Shown one piece after another: positions 61,669 to 64,000 of a DNA stretch of 64,000 bases. Source of the DNA: Pelomyxa schiedti (lineage: Eukaryota; Protista; Evosea); the NCBI GenBank assembly GCA_020536535.1, contig JAHLWZ010000475.1, positions 1 to 64,000 on the forward strand. Direction: 5' to 3'. The notes under the pieces are model-generated. The model had not been told where the DNA came from, ran no database searches, and saw only the letters and a program-made list of their open reading frames with translations. The position numbers and the translations under genes were made by a program. The first letter of the stretch is position 1; each line of letters starts with the position of its first letter.

Positions 61669-64000
61669 CTAAAACTTGGTGTTGAAGTGCAATACTGGTG
61701 ACCACACCTCTCCAATTTCTCCAGACTCCTTTTGCACCTGGAGAATTCGGGCTTCCGTCAAAGCCCTTTCAGTGATTGTATCGTCCGGAAATTCTTTGTG
61801 AAGTTGCTGCAGGCGCATCACACACTCGTCAAAGGCTTTCGTTTCTTTGAGCTGTGTGCACATTGAAAATTCATTACAGAGGTGCACAGTTGAATCCTCT
61901 TTGTAAACGTGAATTAGCTCATAAACTCCGGTTCCGCTGAGCATTCCTTTAGTGGCAACAATACCAAGTTTCCGGCATGTGAAATCCAGGTGAGGTTGCA
62001 TTGAAGGCATAAAAGTATTCTGGTACACTGACTCTGAGATGAGGATTCTGCTGCCATAGTACTTGTTGAGGTTCTCCAGCCGTGAGGCAAGATTCACATT
62101 CGAGCCCATAACAGTGTAGCAAAATCTGTTCGTACTTCCAGAGTTCCCTGCTAGAACTTCTCCAGAAGAAATCCCAATTCGTGCAAATAACAGGGGAAGG
62201 CCAGCTGCCTCATGTTCTTTTCGTAATTCCTTGAGAGATTCTTGTATCCGTATGGCACAATTGCATGCAGCGAGGTCGGGGTTGTCCAAGTTGACGGTAG
62301 CCCCCCAGACAGCCTGCGAGTGGATGTTATACTACAGAATATATGGAGTAGACTTAAACCATGATTTCATCTCCAACTATCTTATCTACAATCCCGTTTT
62401 CGATTTGTATGGCGTTGTGGCAGATATCCATGAACCTTGTAAAAAGTGCTATCATCAATTCAGGTGGCACTTGCTCTGTCAGGCGAGAGAAATCCTCAAT
62501 GTCACAAAAAAGAATACTGCATTGCCTTCTTCTGACACCGAGTTTGCATTCCGCAGTACCATTGAGGTACCATTTTACGACTTCCATCGGCACATATTTT
62601 CCAAAACTGGCCAACATCAGTCTCACGGACTCAGCTGACTCTTCAAGTGACTCAATTTCTCGTAGTCCAACTTTTTTCTTTGACTCCTTTATAGTGTTGC
62701 CAGGCCCTATGGTTGCTTTACTCATGGCACCTTCGTCCAGTCTTGATAAAGCCTCAAGCTCGCGAGAAACGTATTTAATTGGAGTGGTCAGACAAAAGCT
62801 TGCTCCAATTACAATGAATCCAAGCACTAAGAATATGCCGGTTGCGCTGCATGCTGTTATGATAAGAGTATCCTTCTGCCTTGTAAAGTAGTCTGCTGAA
62901 GGCACAACAGATACGATCACCCAGTCATCTAGGGTGCTTGCAAATCTCTCACTCTTGATAGTAAGGTCAACAACTTGTCCCGCTACATCTCCGCGACAAT
63001 GGAAAATTCCCTGAGGGGAGAAAACTGCAGTCACTTCTTCACCAAAACTGAAGGAAGCTATCACTACAGATATAAAGTGCAGTTTACATACTCTGAATAA
63101 AGAATCTCAGCAATGTCACGAGCCTCTTGAGTGCTCAAATCCCACAGAGAAGTCCGAGTATCATTAATTATTACAGGAACATTTTCATTTCCTGATGCTA
63201 TGAGAAAGCCACCACTTGCTTCAAACATCAATGCCCAGCCAGTTTTAGCCACGCTCAGATTCTGGAAAAAATTCTGCAAGACAAACATCTGGTAATCCAG
63301 AGCAAAGACAGCGCATAATCTTTGGGTGTTTGCTGGATCGGGTACTGCAACAGACACAGTGAAGCCAATTCCGAGAGTGGAATAGAAATTGTAGAAGGGT
63401 GTCCAGGTCACGACATTGAACCCAGCTTCTACTGGAAGTTGATACCACTGCCTTAGTAATAAATGAGGCTGACTAAAACAAGTAAGGAGGTACTTTAGAG
63501 TTGGCCTATATCCTTGACCCCAGGATATGCACATTGTAGTTTCTACAACCGGTTCAGTCTCGAAATTGCACGCGATCCAATCAAACCCAGTGGAATTGCA
63601 TTGAATCATCATTGTTTTATCAGGCAAAGAGCGAGCACCAACTAAACATTCATATGGGTTCCCTGTGTATATAGAATTGCTCAACGTGAGACTATTTGCA
63701 GCCAGAAGACGCCACAAATTTTCATACGCAACTGGATCAGTGCATATTTCAGGACTAACCTATGAGTGTAAGTCAAAACTATGTGTCCGCCGCTCTTAAT
63801 TATTTTTCACTATGCCTTAACAATGTTTGAATTCTGCACTAGTGTGACAGTGGCATCCTCGATAAACGTATTTACAAAAGTGGTGATATCACCAACGATG
63901 TTTTCATACAGTGCTGAAGTGGTTTTCTCCAATCCAGCCTGAGACGCCAGCGTCCACAATACCATGACAGGTGCGACTAACAAATAATTTGAATTAGGCA
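61669..64000 (-). CDS. Membrane receptor class III adenylyl cyclase (Cache-like ectodomain, TM, HAMP, cyclase); 5' end outside window
   Basis: WTPFYNF..GFTVSVAV..VFALDY (Cache); TM then TTPIKYV..REIESL (HAMP); ILFCDIEDFS, VDKIVGDEIM, RIGISSG and YTVMGSNVNLASRLE. Confidence 0.92.

Noticed and set aside
60893-61705. 270-aa minus-strand ORF
   Set aside because: It is a chance frame across U12 and the promoter. The real product is RPS30, in another frame with an intron.
746-64000. Alternative genetic code
   Set aside because: In conserved genes the stops interrupting ORFs fall in introns, and TAA, TAG and TGA all serve as true terminators.

Overview
Eukaryotic, gene-dense and intron-rich DNA (many GT-AG introns of about 45-100 nt) with two scaffold gaps (524-624, 4879-4978). 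Gene content and a DUSE-type snRNA promoter point to an amoebozoan, probably a flagellated anaerobic archamoeba such as Pelomyxa; this is inference. About 22 protein genes are supported: Sec24, an LRR-kinase, an RBR E3 ligase, a CDKN3-like phosphatase, a CUE protein, WDR90, METTL18-like, a receptor phosphodiesterase, a prokaryote-type saccharopine/lysine dehydrogenase, a spinster MFS transporter, DUF3752/GPALPP1, a DRP5-like dynamin, an LRR dual-specificity phosphatase, two intronless paralogs, a B12 radical-SAM enzyme, a B-box protein, a divergent actin, a TRAFAC GTPase, a surface protein, WASP, RPS30 and a Cache-HAMP adenylyl cyclase. Main points of interest: (1) a 146-bp exon+intron cassette array encoding 28-aa LRRs whose most variable exposed residue is a codon split across the splice junction, fused to a PINK1-like kinase; (2) a single-pass NMT1/THI5-PDE receptor; (3) a minor-spliceosome U12 snRNA gene with a DUSE promoter; (4) an unclassified structured ncRNA candidate with a similar promoter; (5) intron-containing genes of apparent prokaryotic origin, one with a PTS2-like peptide. 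Exon boundaries were read by eye and spliced gene coordinates give the outer span only.
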